The notes below the pieces were generated by a model, which was given only the letters and a program-made list of their open reading frames with translations, ran no database searches and had not been told where the DNA came from. Shown piece by piece: positions 14,020-27,945 of a DNA stretch of 64,000 bases. The position numbers were made by a program, and so were the translations under genes. The stretch is taken from assembly GCA_951406725.2 (NCBI GenBank), contig OX597829.1, forward strand, positions 15,252,001 through 15,316,000, given 5' to 3'. Position 1 is the first letter of the stretch. Every line of letters starts with the position of its first letter. This DNA comes from Octopus vulgaris (taxonomy: Eukaryota).

Positions 14020-14245
14020 ATTTTGCAGAATCACTGGAGCCTTTGGACAAAATGCCTAGATGTATATTTTCCAACTCTTTCCGATTCTTTGAAATCAGAA
14101 GACTTAAAATTCCACCTGGATCAACTTTGCCTTCCATCCCTCCGGAGTCGATAACATAAGTACAAGTCAAGTACTAGGGTCGAAAAAATCAATTAACTCC
14201 TTGCCTAAATGTTGCCGGCTTTGTGCTGAAAAATTCGAAACCATT
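14020..14245 (+). mobile_element. Older SINE A-related copy with alternative 3' end
   Basis: caactttgccttccatccctccggagtcgataa core; tail gccggctttgtgctgaaaaattcgaaa. Confidence 0.6.
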
Positions 14246-14452
14246 ATAATTAAGTTCTTGTAAATTTCAAATAAACTGCTACCCATGTTTATGAGACACC
14301 CTCTGTGTGTGTGTTTGTGTGTGCATTTGTGTGTGTGTTTGTGTGTGTTGCTTTGTGTGTGTTTGTTTGTGTGTGTGTGCACGTGTGTGTACTTGTGTGT
14401 GTGCACGCGTGTGTATGTTTCTCTGTGTGTGTGTGTGTGTGTGTGTGTTTGC

Positions 14453-14514
<62 letters not shown>

Positions 14515-14584
14515 TTGTGTATTTATGTCTGGAGCGTCTCTTGTTGCATTTAAATTCTCTCTTATTTTTACTTTTGACACGAAA

Positions 14585-14790
14585 CGGCAAGTTTGTAAAT
14601 CCGTTACCTCGCCGGACAAAATGCTTAGCGGCATTTCTTCCGGCTCCTTACATTCCGTATTTAAATGTCAGCAAGGTCGACTTTGCGTTTCATCTTTTCG
14701 TGTCGATGCAATAAAGTATCAGTCAAATTCTGGGGTCGCCTTACTCGTTCCCCTCAAAAGGTATTGACCTTGTGCCAAAATTTGAGTTAT
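14585..14790 (+). mobile_element. Older SINE A-related copy
   Basis: aaatgcttagcggcatttc, aaggtcgactttgcgtttcatc, and tail ccttgtgccaaaatttga. Confidence 0.65.
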
Positions 14791-14969
14791 TATCATTAAT
14801 ATTTTTATTGTAATAACTATTGTTATGAGAAGTAGCAGAACTATTTCCCTCCTCCACATCCTTTCTACTTCTTTCTGATTTTACTTTCGTGTCTCCCCCC
14901 CCCCCTTTTTTTTTCTTTTGCACTCCTTCATAAGCTTTTATTTCTCTCGAAATTTGCGTTTTTCTTGCT

Positions 14970-14988
14970 TATCATCATCAACATCATC

Positions 14989-15020
<32 letters not shown>

Positions 15021-15158
15021 CATCATCATAGTCATCATCGCCATTTTCGTCGCTTTCTTCACTCCCATCATCAATTCCATCACCACCACCACCACCACCA
15101 CCACCATCATCACCACCGCGACCAGCATCATCATCATCATTAGCGCCATCATGATGAT

Positions 15159-15191
<33 letters not shown>

Positions 15192-15300
15192 AATCATCTC
15201 CATCCACTTCCTCAGCATCTCCTTCTTCGTCTTCTTCCGCCTACTCTTCTTCTCCTCCTCCTCCTCCTCCTTCTCCTACTTCCCCTCCTATTCTTCTCCT
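14970..15300. repeat. (ATC)n/(ACC)n/(TCC)n trinucleotide tract
   Basis: Direct inspection. Confidence 0.9.
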
Positions 15301-16538
15301 TTTTCACCATCTTTAAGTAAATAGACCGAAAATTATGTTGTGCATCTCTTATTTAATATTACATAGAATTACATTTCACCATCTTGGGAGAAATGTAGAA
15401 GAGGAAAAAGAAAAACGAAAGGAAGGACTTAGTTAAGTAGACACAATTATTTCCCTATTGGCATCTTAGAGAAACTAAAGACTTTTCTTGTATTTCCACA
15501 AATTCTTTCTGTATTTTTCTTTGATTTGTTTACGTTGTAGTTTATTTTTCTTTTTGCTTCTTTTTGTTTTTTTTCTTCTTCTTTTTCGTATTCATTTCTT
15601 GATCATAAGCGGGAGTATTTGTGTGTGCGTAGGTGTTCATGTTCCATGTTCGTATGTATGCTTGCATCATCTACATATCTATGTATACACACAGACACAC
15701 ACAGACACACACTCACACACACATACACACACACACATATATGCGTCCATGCATATACATAGGTATGTATGTATGTTTGTAGGCATGTTATATATTTTTG
15801 CATATATGTACGTCCGTGCGTATGTACGTTTGTATGCATGTTATATATGTATGTATATATATGTATGTAAGTATGTATGTAAGTATGTAAGTATGTATAT
15901 ACGTCCGTGCGTATATATAAACTTCTATGCTCACTATGTGTGAATGTTTAAGTTCGCATAAGCATACATATTTTAAGAATATAAACACATTCACTCACAC
16001 ATGAACACATATGCGTGTATATTCGTTACGTATGTCCATTCTCGTACGCATGCATTCAAACAAAGACACCCACAGACAAGATGCACGCACACGCATGCTT
16101 GCGCGCACATACACATACACACACAGACATGCACACACACACACATATACATAATACACATATTCGTGTTTCTAGAGGTAAATGTACTCGATAGCGAATA
16201 TGGGTACTAACATGTGTTTGTCAGTATGTGTATTAATTAGAGAGAGAGAGAGAGAGTGTGTGTGTGTGCGTGTGTGTGTGTGCATGTGTGTGTTTGTGTA
16301 AGGTATGTGTATGATAGGTAACTACGTATATGTATGTATGTATGTATGTATTTATGTATGTATATATGTACGCATGTATGGATATTTGCGCACATGCCTA
16401 TATGCGTGTGTTATGTGCGTATGTATGTATGTGTCAAATTATCTATGTGTGTTTATATATTTATCTGTGTGTATGTATGAACAGGTACGTCAGCGATGGT
16501 ATTTATGTGCGCGCGTATTTTTATTCATGTAAATATAT

Positions 16539-16650
<112 letters not shown>

Positions 16651-17025
16651 GAGTAGGAGAATGTGCATGTGTCATAAATATCTATGTGTATCATTACATC
16701 TGCTTGCATGCATTGGAAATCTAGGGAGAACTACCTAATACTACATGGATGACTTCAAATAGGTTGTTCCCGATGATGCTCTATGTACGTGCCGTAACTC
16801 CATAAAAGTTCAATTTTCTCTTCGAGAAAGGTGCTGCTTTTATATTCTCGGAATATTGCCTCATTTACTACTTGTAAAGCAGTGTTAATCGTTGGTAACA
16901 TCAATTTCAATATATAATATAATACAATGTATTTGTGTGCGTTTGTGTGTGTTTATGCGAGTATATATATATATATATATAAATAGGTGCATATGTATAT
17001 AAATATTCATATATACAAACGTGTC

Positions 17026-17087
<62 letters not shown>

Positions 17088-17479
17088 TACCTGCATACAC
17101 AAATAAATATATACATACACACACACTTCATTGTACAAGAGACATCTTCGATTTCGTTGCATTACTGCGTGGGGGGGGATGTGCGTGAGTATGCGTGCAT
17201 GCAGACATAGAATTGGTTTTGTCATTAAGGAGATCACTTCTCAACAACGTAGTTCCTGCTTCGATGCTATTACCTGATATTTTGGACAAGAATTTTCAAC
17301 CATGGGCACTGTTTCACAAATACTGCTTGAATAGAATTTGGTTAATGGAACCAGAGTAAAAGCCCGTTGTGTGTAGATGCATATACATGTGCGTGTGCAA
17401 ACAATCATAATGGCAAAGTGCTCGAAGAAACTTTAATATGATGTTGCGTTTATTCTTATGCATATATATATATGTGTGC

Positions 17480-17510
<31 letters not shown>

Positions 17511-17600
17511 CATATGTACGTATATATATATATATATATATATACATACAGATATATATTACATATACACTTTATATATATATGTATATGTATATATATA

Positions 17601-17642
<42 letters not shown>

Positions 17643-18448
17643 ATATATTATGTATACATACACATACATATATATATGAAAAAGAGCGATAATAGGAAAT
17701 AGAAGTGACAAGGGAGATGCATAGGTTTTACACCTACATATATGTGTATATATACACATACATACATGTGTACCTGTAGGCATATATATGCGTATATATG
17801 TGTGTGTGTGAATGTATATATATACGCACACAAATATATACATACACACACACATATATATATATATATTAGATAAGGCCGGTTTATGGGATTTACCTTA
17901 GGTTTCACGTCCATAACGGGCCTGGCTTTAAGGCGTATAATCATATCTCAAAACCTAAAAAGTGAAGGCACATGGCTTAGTGGTTAGGGGTATTCGGCTC
18001 ACGAATACCACAGATTTAATCATAATATCCACAAATGGAAGAGACCTGCCTGTTATTCTTCTCGTTGACATTCTAAATCTTAGCCCTACCCCACTGTAAT
18101 CAAGCGTAGAACTTTTATTATTAAAGTAGAACAACGGAAATTGCAATACTATTATATACATTCAATCGTTTATGACTAAATTACTTACAAATACCGTAAC
18201 ATAATGTACGTCACATATTATGCATGACGAAATCGTTGCTATCAGTCATGCCTACAGACATGAAGTTCGATCAGCCACCTGAAAATTGTTAAGACAATTG
18301 TAATCCATGGAATCATTGTAATTCCATTGTCCACTCTTCATCTCTGATACGATTGTGTATATCTGTATATGTATATGTGTGTGTATCAGTGTAGCATACT
18401 TAAAGCAGATGTATCTCGTACATACATATATATATATATATGCATACA

Positions 18449-18506
<58 letters not shown>

Positions 18507-18519
18507 AACAAAATATCAA

Positions 18520-18742
18520 CAAGGTAGTGTAGTACAATCATTTCATGCTACTTCATTTATTAAACACTGATGTAATACTTACATTGTTTAATAAAATGAA
18601 GTAGCATGAAACGATTGTACTACTCTACCTTGGATATCCTTGTTGCTTATTATGATTATAATCATCCCATTTGATTTATATGGATAATACCATACCAAAT
18701 TCTGATGCCTTTGACTTAAGTACCATATTCATCTGAATCTAA
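18520..18742. mobile_element. Penelope-like terminal fragment with long hairpin
   Basis: Inverted arms spanning 18520-18632; 3' part homologous to 6008-6115. Confidence 0.6.
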
Positions 18743-18755
18743 ATTTTGCTGAACT

Positions 18756-18879
<124 letters not shown>

Positions 18880-19336
18880 TAATAAATATATGAACTGCAG
18901 ACGAAGATCATTCGGCTTCGGTGGTGGCATTGCGAAATCAGTATTTCTGCATCTCTGAGCTTCATCTCATCAGTAGCAAATATCAACTGGTATCGGCACT
19001 CTAAGACAAAATCAGTCACATTACTGATTTAGTAAAACTGATTGAAAAAGAACGACTGGGGCAATAAAAATTCGCTGATACCAACAGTTATGGAATTCGT
19101 AGATAATAGCAATCTGTGTATCATATTAAGATCAGATACATCATTCAAAAACTTATAAACTGAAGTATTCCTCTCAAGAAAGTAGTGACATATTTGTGTG
19201 CTTTTAACACTATATTTTTATAAGAGATGTTTTCTCGGGACGAACACTGCTTCTGTCACTAATAATAAATAAATAAATGCATACATACATACATATTAAT
19301 AGCTATAATTTATCTAGAATCATTATTTCTGTGAAA

Positions 19337-19750
19337 GGCCACGAGCTGGCAGAAACGTTAGCACGCCGGGCGAAATGCGTAGCCTTATTTCGTCTGCCGT
19401 TACGTCCTGAGTTCAAATTCCACCGAGGTCGACTTTGCCTTTCATCCTTTCGGGGTCGATAAATTAAGTACCAGTTGAACACTAGTGTCGATGTAATCGA
19501 CTTAATCCCTTTGTCTGTCCTTGTTTGTCCCCTCTGTGTTTAGCCCCTTGTGGGTAGTAAAGAAATAGGTATTTCGTCTGCCGTCACGTTCTGAGTTCAA
19601 ATTCCACCGAGGTCGACTTTGCCTGTCATCCTTTCGGGGTCGATAAATTAAGTACCAGTTGCGCACTGGGGTCGATGTAATCGACTTAATCCGTTTGTCT
19701 GTCCTTTTTTGTCCCCTGTGTGTTTAACCCCTTATGGGTAGTAAAGAAAC
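19337..19750 (+). mobile_element. SINE family A, tandem dimer
   Basis: Full unit, then a second unit restarting at ggtatttcgtctgcc (about 19568). Confidence 0.92.
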
Positions 19751-19796
19751 ATATAGTATTTATTTCTAATGACTATGTATATTATTAATGCTAAAA

Positions 19797-19975
19797 TGGC
19801 GAGCTAGTAGAATAGTTAGAGTTGGAAAATGCCTTGTGTATTTGATCTAGCTCTTCGCGTTTTGCGTTCTGATCCCGCTAATGTCTATTCTACTTTTCAT
19901 CCTTTCGGGGTCGTTGGTATCGACTAACCCCTTCTCTCAAAACTACTAGCCTTTTGCCTTAATCAGAAACAATTA
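19797..19975 (+). mobile_element. Older SINE A-related copy
   Basis: ggcgagctagtagaat head and tttcatcctttcggggtcg core. Confidence 0.6.
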
Positions 19976-21054
19976 TTAACCACAAAATGGTTTCATGCTT
20001 ATTCATCTGTTCCTGGCTTTTTGTTACATTATACACTTCATTTCTGACAAATTAGAACATAGAGTAACGATGTTTCTCTCAGATCACGCACTTTTAGTTA
20101 TGTGCAGCCTTATTAGTTTTGAGGTCAGTCGTTGTTTCGGAAAATCCAATTAAATACATGAAACACGGAAGTAGTATTCTTTTTGCCCACCAAGAGATAG
20201 ATGAGCTTCATTTGATTTTAAAAGAAAAATTGCAACACACGGGAGAATAATTATCAAAGGCACCACAGTTATCTCAATCGAGGCTAAATGTTAAACCAGT
20301 TATCTCTTGAAATAACTCTTTTTTTCTTTTCTTTTTGTTTTTCGTTTGATTCTTTCATTATCCATCTGATTTTGCTATGTTGCTGTTCCTGTTGCAGTGT
20401 TTTGGTGCTTCTAATTTCGACGAATATTTTCTCTTCCCTTGGTATATATTATCGAAATACGAGTCTTCATAATATCACAAATCCAATCACGATACAATTT
20501 GTTCCACATGTATTCCCAGACGTAGAGAGAGAGACGGGTCTGGAATTGAAATATTATTAATTACGCTACCAAAGAACTATATTCGAATAGGAAAAGCAAA
20601 GAGTTGAATGGGTTTTAAAAGTTAGCAGGATGTGAAATTTAAAAGTAAGGACATGAAATACATCAAAATGGGAAATCAGAAAATTTTAAAATATTACATT
20701 TTTATGATTTTTATTAAATCAATATTTTACTACTAAAGGTTTTAAAGAACACTTTTCGCATTAATGCTCTCTCTAAACCAATAAAAAATAATATATTCTT
20801 TTATTTAAGATATCTGAGAGACTCCCATTTCACTATCTAAAATTATAGTTGTGATTTATTACTTCTATATTAATTAGAAACAGTTTCAAGTTAAAAGAAC
20901 TTATGAAGTGTCGACGTAGATATTTTTCTATATTCATAGAAAGTCTTTGGTAGAATTAACTTATGTTTTATGTAGGTTTATTGTTACTAATTTTGGGAAA
21001 TGTACGTCAGTGCAACATGCCATATTAATAATATATTTTCGTTTAATGTACATG

Positions 21055-21091
<37 letters not shown>

Positions 21092-21902
21092 GAAAAACAG
21101 AAATAAGTAGTAGAGACATCGAAAAGGAAACAGATCTGTGCGTGTGTATGTGTGTGTGCGTGCGTGTGTGTGTGTGTGTGTGAGTGTGTGTGTGTGTGTG
21201 TGTGTGTACGTATGTGTGTGTGTGTATCTGTGTTCGGACGCATTCATGTTTGAATAGTTAAGAAATTGGCTTCGCAAGCACGTGACCGCATGTTCGTTCC
21301 TCTGAAATTCACCAAGAGCAAGTGTCTTTATTATAACCCCAGGATGGTTCAATCTATGTTATGTCATTCGGGTGGATAGAAACCGTGTAGATGTCCATCG
21401 TTAGATTATTACATCTAATTCCATTTCCATACTTTCCACACTTGTATCATACTTTGAGAATTATATAAAGAAATTGTCAGAGGCGAAACAATGACCCAAT
21501 CTGAATAAACAGATAACCCCTAAATGGTTGTTAGGGACCTCTAAGCATATGGGTATGAAACTCCTTTAAAATGTGACATAGAGTGGCTACCTGGTCGAGT
21601 GATCTCCTAGAGATAGCAATCAAATATCTCTTAAATTACAATTTACTGATTACTAAAATAGGCAACATTGTATTATGAAGCAGGAGATGTATGACAAGAC
21701 GAGATGGTCATAACTGGACTAATATGGTCAATAACACTGTTTAGCCAGATTTGACCAGGAGTTGAACAACAAATATATTGTTTGTTATCCTCTCATAGTG
21801 ACCACACCACTCACGTCTTTATCGAGTCAGGCACAAAGCTTCATGGTTCTTGCTTTGATTCCCTTTGATCCTTCCAGAGTCGGTAACAAAATGCCTTGTG
21901 CA

Positions 21903-22240
21903 GATGCGTGGCTTAGTGGTTAGAGTATTATGCTCACATTCGTAAGGTCAAGAGTTCGTTTCCAGGCAGTGCGTTGCGTCTTTGAACAAGACATTTTATT
22001 TCACGTTGCTCTAGTCCATACAACCGGCGAAAATGAGTCGTCCCTGTATTTCGAAGGGCCAGTCTTTCACACTCTTTGTCACACTGGCTCTGATTGAGAA
22101 CTATATTAACAGCACACGTGGTATGTGGAGTTCTCAGCCACATGTATGTTAATTTCGCTTGCATGCTAATTTTGCTTGAAGAATGTCCCAATGATTGAAG
22201 CAAATGGAACATCTGTCATCGTAACCCACAGATTACCAAT
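21903..22240 (+). mobile_element. tRNA-derived SINE family D
   Basis: Head gtggcttagtggttagag...gagttcgtttcc with A and B boxes; 3' half shared with the SINE at 53330-53678. A head-only fragment also lies at 17966-18003. Confidence 0.75.
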
Positions 22241-23724
22241 AACAAAGTGTTATTACCAATAACAGGGTGTCGGATATCTAGAATTCATAGAGCAACCAAT
22301 TGGATACCCTCTGATGCTAGTTCCGACTCCTTGTGTGTTAATTTCAAATCCGTTCACAACCTACTTGGTTGTTAGGGTTAATCTTTCACCCAGCTTAACA
22401 CCATCGGCTAACATCGTGGATATCTTTAGCGAAGTCCAATCTACTACAGTATCCAAGACAAGTTTCCGTTTCGAGGATACCTACCTCCATCTCTTACATC
22501 TTCTAAAGAGGCAAGGGCAGCACCGCCTTTTCTTTTAATCAAAAGTTCAAGTAATGTAACATTTTAAACGCTGAGAGTTTGTTACTAATCACTCATCCTC
22601 TGAAAAATGGCCGTCTAACAGCGCCCATATCACACAATATTTGTTAAATAAGGAAGAACATACAGGTTAATGTAGTCCTGAATATACTTTGTCTTGGAAA
22701 TGAGGAAATGCTTAATGGAGTGACGCATTTGAGCACAGGTTTGTTCACCCAAGGCTGAACTAGGCTTAAATTACTTTAGTCAGACTTGAGGACAACAAAC
22801 TTCCGTTTTCTTTCTAACTCCGTTTCCTTTCCTCTTTCGTAAAAAAGAAGATCTAAAGAATTCACTTCAACCCTCTTAGGAACTTATATAACGTTCATGG
22901 ATTAAATGTCACCAGTACAGACGATCGCCTATTTATTTTCCTCTATACTATTATAAATGAGATTATTTGGCTAAATTTAGGAAAATCTCTCGACTAGTTT
23001 CGTGATTCTGTTGCCTACAATTAAATCATTTACTCAGCCACTCATCTTAGCTTGTTTTTGTTTTCTTTTTAATTCCCACTGACATTTGTATTTGAAAGTC
23101 TATAAAACTGGCTTTAGATATCGTACGAAACAAGATATGTAAACCAAACACGATTTATTTGCTATTTGCTTATTCTACACACTGGTCCAGACAAATAATG
23201 TCAATTGATTGACCTATCGATAATCAGAGCTGCCCATCAAGGTGTGACCATCTTTGTTGATTCAGTTATATCGAAAACCAATATTCGAATTTTATTTTAT
23301 TTTATCGACACTAGAAGAATGAAAAGAATGAAAAGCAAAGCTGATCACGCCAGGATTTGAACTGAGAATACAAGTGCGACACTTAAACCGTTCAACCAGT
23401 CAACAAGCTAAAACAATGCAAGATACGATTACCAGAACAAGGTTTCAATTAAAGTATGACTAAATACGTCGAGAGTTAATGAATCAACAGTGGTGGCCAT
23501 CATAACAGTAGCTTTCAAGCTGAGACTAGTTAGAGTTAATATAGTGAAACAGTTTATAATTTGGATATACTTTGTAATACGTTTAGTATTGCTTTGTCTT
23601 GGCGTCTTCTTTGTCGCTGCTGTTGCCACGGTTTTTGATATTTAGTACAAGACTGGACTAGCAGAATCCAATGAAGAATAATAATGCTCTAGCAGTTACC
23701 ATTCAGTCTGTTAATGTACATATG

Positions 23725-24178
23725 TACTCTTTACTCTCTTTTACCGGTTTCAGTTTTTGACTGTGGCCATGCTGGAGCACCACCTTTAGTCGAGCAAATT
23801 GACCCCCAGGACTTATTTTTTGTAAGCCTAGTACTTATTATATCGGTCTATTTCGCCGAACCGCTAAGTTACAGGGACGTAAACACACCAGCATCGGTTG
23901 TCAAGCGATGTTAGGGGACAAACACAGACACACAAACATATACACACACATACATATATACGACAAACACACACACACAAACATGCACACACACATACAT
24001 ATATATACATATATACGACGGACTTCTTTCAGTTTCCGTCTACCAAATCCACTCACAAGGCTTTGGTCGGCCCGAGGTTATTGTAGAAGACACTTGCCCG
24101 AGGTGCCATACAGTGGGACTGAACTCAGAACCCTGTAGCTGGTAAGCAAGCTACTTACCACACAGCCACTCCTACGCC
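23725..24178 (-). mobile_element. tRNA-derived SINE family B (CORE-like)
   Basis: Minus-strand head AGGAGTGGCTGTGTGGTAAG...GAGTTCAGTCCC, CORE-like CCTCGGGCAAGT, internal microsatellite, (AAAGAGT)n tail. Confidence 0.92.
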
Positions 24179-24230
24179 ATGTATACATACATATATGCAA
24201 ACATACACACACACACACATATATATATAT

Positions 24231-24317
<87 letters not shown>

Positions 24318-24347
24318 CATATATATATATACATATATATTTATATA

Positions 24348-24379
<32 letters not shown>

Positions 24380-24403
24380 CATACATATATATATATACAT
24401 ATA

Positions 24404-24463
<60 letters not shown>

Positions 24464-24480
24464 TGTATATATATATATAC

Positions 24481-24514
<34 letters not shown>

Positions 24515-24544
24515 AAACGTGTGTGTGTGTGTGTAAACGTGTGT

Positions 24545-24800
24545 GTGTGCTTCGCTTTTTATTTGGTTTGCAAGATTCTTTATGCGAATTCTTGTGTTGA
24601 AACAATTTTTATTTCGTATAGAGAGAGTAATTATGTCAATATAATTAACACTTACATACTGATTCAATTCCACTCATTCATTAAATATCCGATTGTTTTG
24701 TTTTCGTTTGTCAAAGTTTTTTCGTTGCTTCTCGCAAACTTCCCAGGGACTTAGTCCGTTATAGAGGACTCGTTTGTTTGTTTGAGATTTCGTTGCGTGC
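24545..24800 (+). repeat. Unclassified interspersed repeat
   Basis: ggtttgcaagattcttt...gtgttgaa is shared with 52805 (+) and 55740-55890 (-). Confidence 0.55.
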
Positions 24801-25061
24801 GTGAGTGCGCATGACAGCGTAAGCGTGTGCTTTGGTACGTATAAATGTATGTATGTATGTATGTATGTGTGTATATACGTATGCATGTACATATGCATGT
24901 ATATATGTATGTATGCGTGTATGTATGTATTCTGCATATTTATTTGTTTCCCTGTATGTGCCTGCTTGTGTGTCTGTTTATGTATGTATGTGCGTGTTTG
25001 TGAGTGCACATCTACTTCTTTGTGTGTGCGTGCTTCAATGTGTTTATCCGTATATGTATAT

Positions 25062-25152
<91 letters not shown>

Positions 25153-25232
25153 TGTATGTATGTATGTATGTATGTATGTATGTATGTATGTGTATTTATA
25201 TTTTATATTTATATATATATATATATATATTT

Positions 25233-25264
<32 letters not shown>

Positions 25265-25305
25265 ATACACACACACACAATATATATATATATATTTATA
25301 TTTAT

Positions 25306-26225
25306 ATGCATATGATACGAAAGTCTCACTGAAAATACAAAATCGTAGCGATGGTGCACATCTGCAGCAGGAGTTGGACACAATTTACAGATGGTCCGAG
25401 GGCAATAATATACGAGCTCTGCGCTAGAAGCGCCAAAAACTGGATGAAAAGCTTACAAAGTACAATGGCCCAGGGGTGATTAAAATCTCAGAGCCTAAAT
25501 CATTGAGGGACCTGGATTTCGACATGAGTGATGATACTTCATTCCAAGTGCACATTACCAAGATGGCTACAAAGTGCTGGCTGGAATCAGGGAACATTCG
25601 GAACCAGGAAGAAGGAAACCGCGGTGGTTCTCTGGAGGACATTCTTCCTCAGCCGCCTTGACTACTGCTCCCAACTATCGTCATCCAACAGTGTAAAATT
25701 AACAGTCGACCTTGAAGCAATCCGGCGAAGCTTCCTCCCAAAAAGGATCGTCTCATTGCAACAGCACAGCTACTGGGAAGGGCTGAAACAGTTATGACTC
25801 TACTCCCTGGAGCGATGCTGCAATATACATCTGGAAGATCCTGGAAGTGATTGTACCAAATTTTGGCATTGAAAGCTACCCAATACCAGTATGGGTCGCT
25901 ACTGTACAGTAGCAAAGATCCCAACATTGCCGTCGCAATTCAGCACTGCAACAGTTTGGGTTTCAAGGGCCCACAGTCTTTTTTTTATATTATCCCAAAG
26001 AGCCTGAGGTACATACACAAAGTAGGTATTTTCAAAAGAAAACTGGATCACTTCCTGTCGAGAGTCTCAGATGCACCTACTTCGTGGGCGGAGGCGCAAA
26101 TGACGGCTGCGACATCACACTACCTTATTAACCAATTGCCACATATTAGAGGAGGCTCTCAATAATAAGAGTGTAGCAAAACGGCGGTACCCCAATGTGG
26201 CAACGACTTTGACCTGAAACTGAAT
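25306..26225 (+). pseudogene. CR1-like LINE 3' half (RT C-terminus), frameshifted
   Basis: [23 protein letters not shown]; LRDLDFDMSDDTSFQVHI; SRLDYCSQL..DLEAIRRSF; LYSLER; FKRKLDHFL. These are typical CR1/L2-group RT thumb and C-terminal motifs. Confidence 0.85.
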
Positions 26226-26255
26226 ATATATGTGTGTGTGTGAGTGTGTGTGTGA

Positions 26256-26286
<31 letters not shown>

Positions 26287-26549
26287 CAGTTGTTGATGTT
26301 GATGATGATGATGGTGGGATGCTTGACACTTTGGCCTAGTATACTGGCTTTCTTCAGGCAAATAAGGAGGGTGAATTCCTGACAAACCATTGAGCGTTTG
26401 GCCTTGAAGGTACAGCTTTTACTCCTGAAAGTATGCTCTTAATGCAGAGTCATCTGCAAACACCATTTCTTCGACGAGTACCTGACGAACATTAGATTTC
26501 GTATGCATGAGAGATAAGAAGTCAATAGTTCTGAACATCCTGAGATAAA

Positions 26550-26765
26550 CAAGGGGATAAACAGAGAGGGGACAAATAAGGACAGACAAACGGATTAAGT
26601 CGATTACATCGACCCCAGTGCGTAACTGGTACTTAATTTATCGATCCCGAAAGGATGAAAGGCAAAGTCGACTTCGGCGGAATTTGAACTCAGAACGTAA
26701 CGACAGACGAAATACTGCCAAGCATTTCGCCCGGCGTGCTAACGTTTCTGCCCGCTCGCCGCCTT
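26550..26765 (-). mobile_element. SINE family A
   Basis: Reverse-complement copy. Confidence 0.9.
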
Positions 26766-27344
26766 AGATCGACAGATACCGTAGTTAGTTAGTTATATGC
26801 AGGAATGCATGTATTTATGAATGTGTGTATGTAATTATATCGTTAAATTTATCCGTGTTGCTTTAAAACTCTAGGATGTAATTTGCTTCTATTTCTAACA
26901 GATCAAGCAATGCTTAAGAGAATTCCTAGTTGATTCGTTTTCAAAGTTGTTGATACTGTTAGAGGTTAATTTATTTTTAAAATAATAACTAATAACCAGT
27001 AACAATATTTTAAATATTTAATTTTCATCATATCATTTGTCATGCAACATAACTGATTATTGGCAACACGAAAAACATGAAAACAAATAATAACTGGTTT
27101 AACACGATTTTCGACGCGAGATATACACAGGGGCTATATTTCTATCACAGTGAATTTCTCACACTGTTGCTACTGCTCATGAAGCTGTATTGCGAAAAAC
27201 GTTTTGCCACTATATGGGGAGCAGGTTTCATAACAATTTTGAAAGACTGGAAGGAAGGTACCTTCATATAGGATGAAACTTGGCCTATATGACTGCAACA
27301 GAGTTGACACTGCTTAAAGCATCGTACACCAGCAAATAATATTG

Positions 27345-27532
27345 TTTTCAAAATTTGGCACAAGGCTAATAATTTCAGGATAATCATTAAATCGATTACA
27401 TCGAACCCACTGGTACTTATTTTATTGATTCCGAAAGGGTGAAAGGCAAAGTCGACCACGGCGGCATTTGAACTCAGAATGTAAAGACACATGAACTGCT
27501 ATTAAGCATTTTACCCTGCATGCTAACGTTTC
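27345..27532 (-). mobile_element. Older SINE A-related copy
   Basis: tttcaaaatttggcacaaggc tail plus A-type body. Confidence 0.75.
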
Positions 27533-27534
27533 TA

Positions 27535-27945
27535 ATTTCTTTATTGCCCACAAGGGGCTCAACATAGAGGGGACAAACAAGGACAAACAAAGAGATTAAG
27601 CCGATTGCATCGACCCCAGTACGTAACTGGTACTTAATTTATCGACCCTGAAAGGATGAAAGGAAAAGTCGACCTCGACGGAATTTGAGTTCAAAACGTA
27701 ACAGCAGACGAAATACCTATTTATTTACTACCCACAAGGGGCTAAACACAGAGGGGACAAAAAAAGAAGAGAAAAACGGATTAAGTCGATTACATCGACT
27801 CCAGTGCGTAACTGGTACTTATTTAATCGACCCCGAAAAATGAAAGGTAAAGTCGACCTCGACGGAATTTGAACTCAGAACGTAACGGCAGACGAAATAC
27901 CGCTAAGCATTTTGCCCGGTGTGCTAACGTTTCTGCCTACTCATC
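27535..27945 (-). mobile_element. SINE family A, tandem dimer
   Basis: Two units joined at gacgaaatacctatttatttac. Confidence 0.9.
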
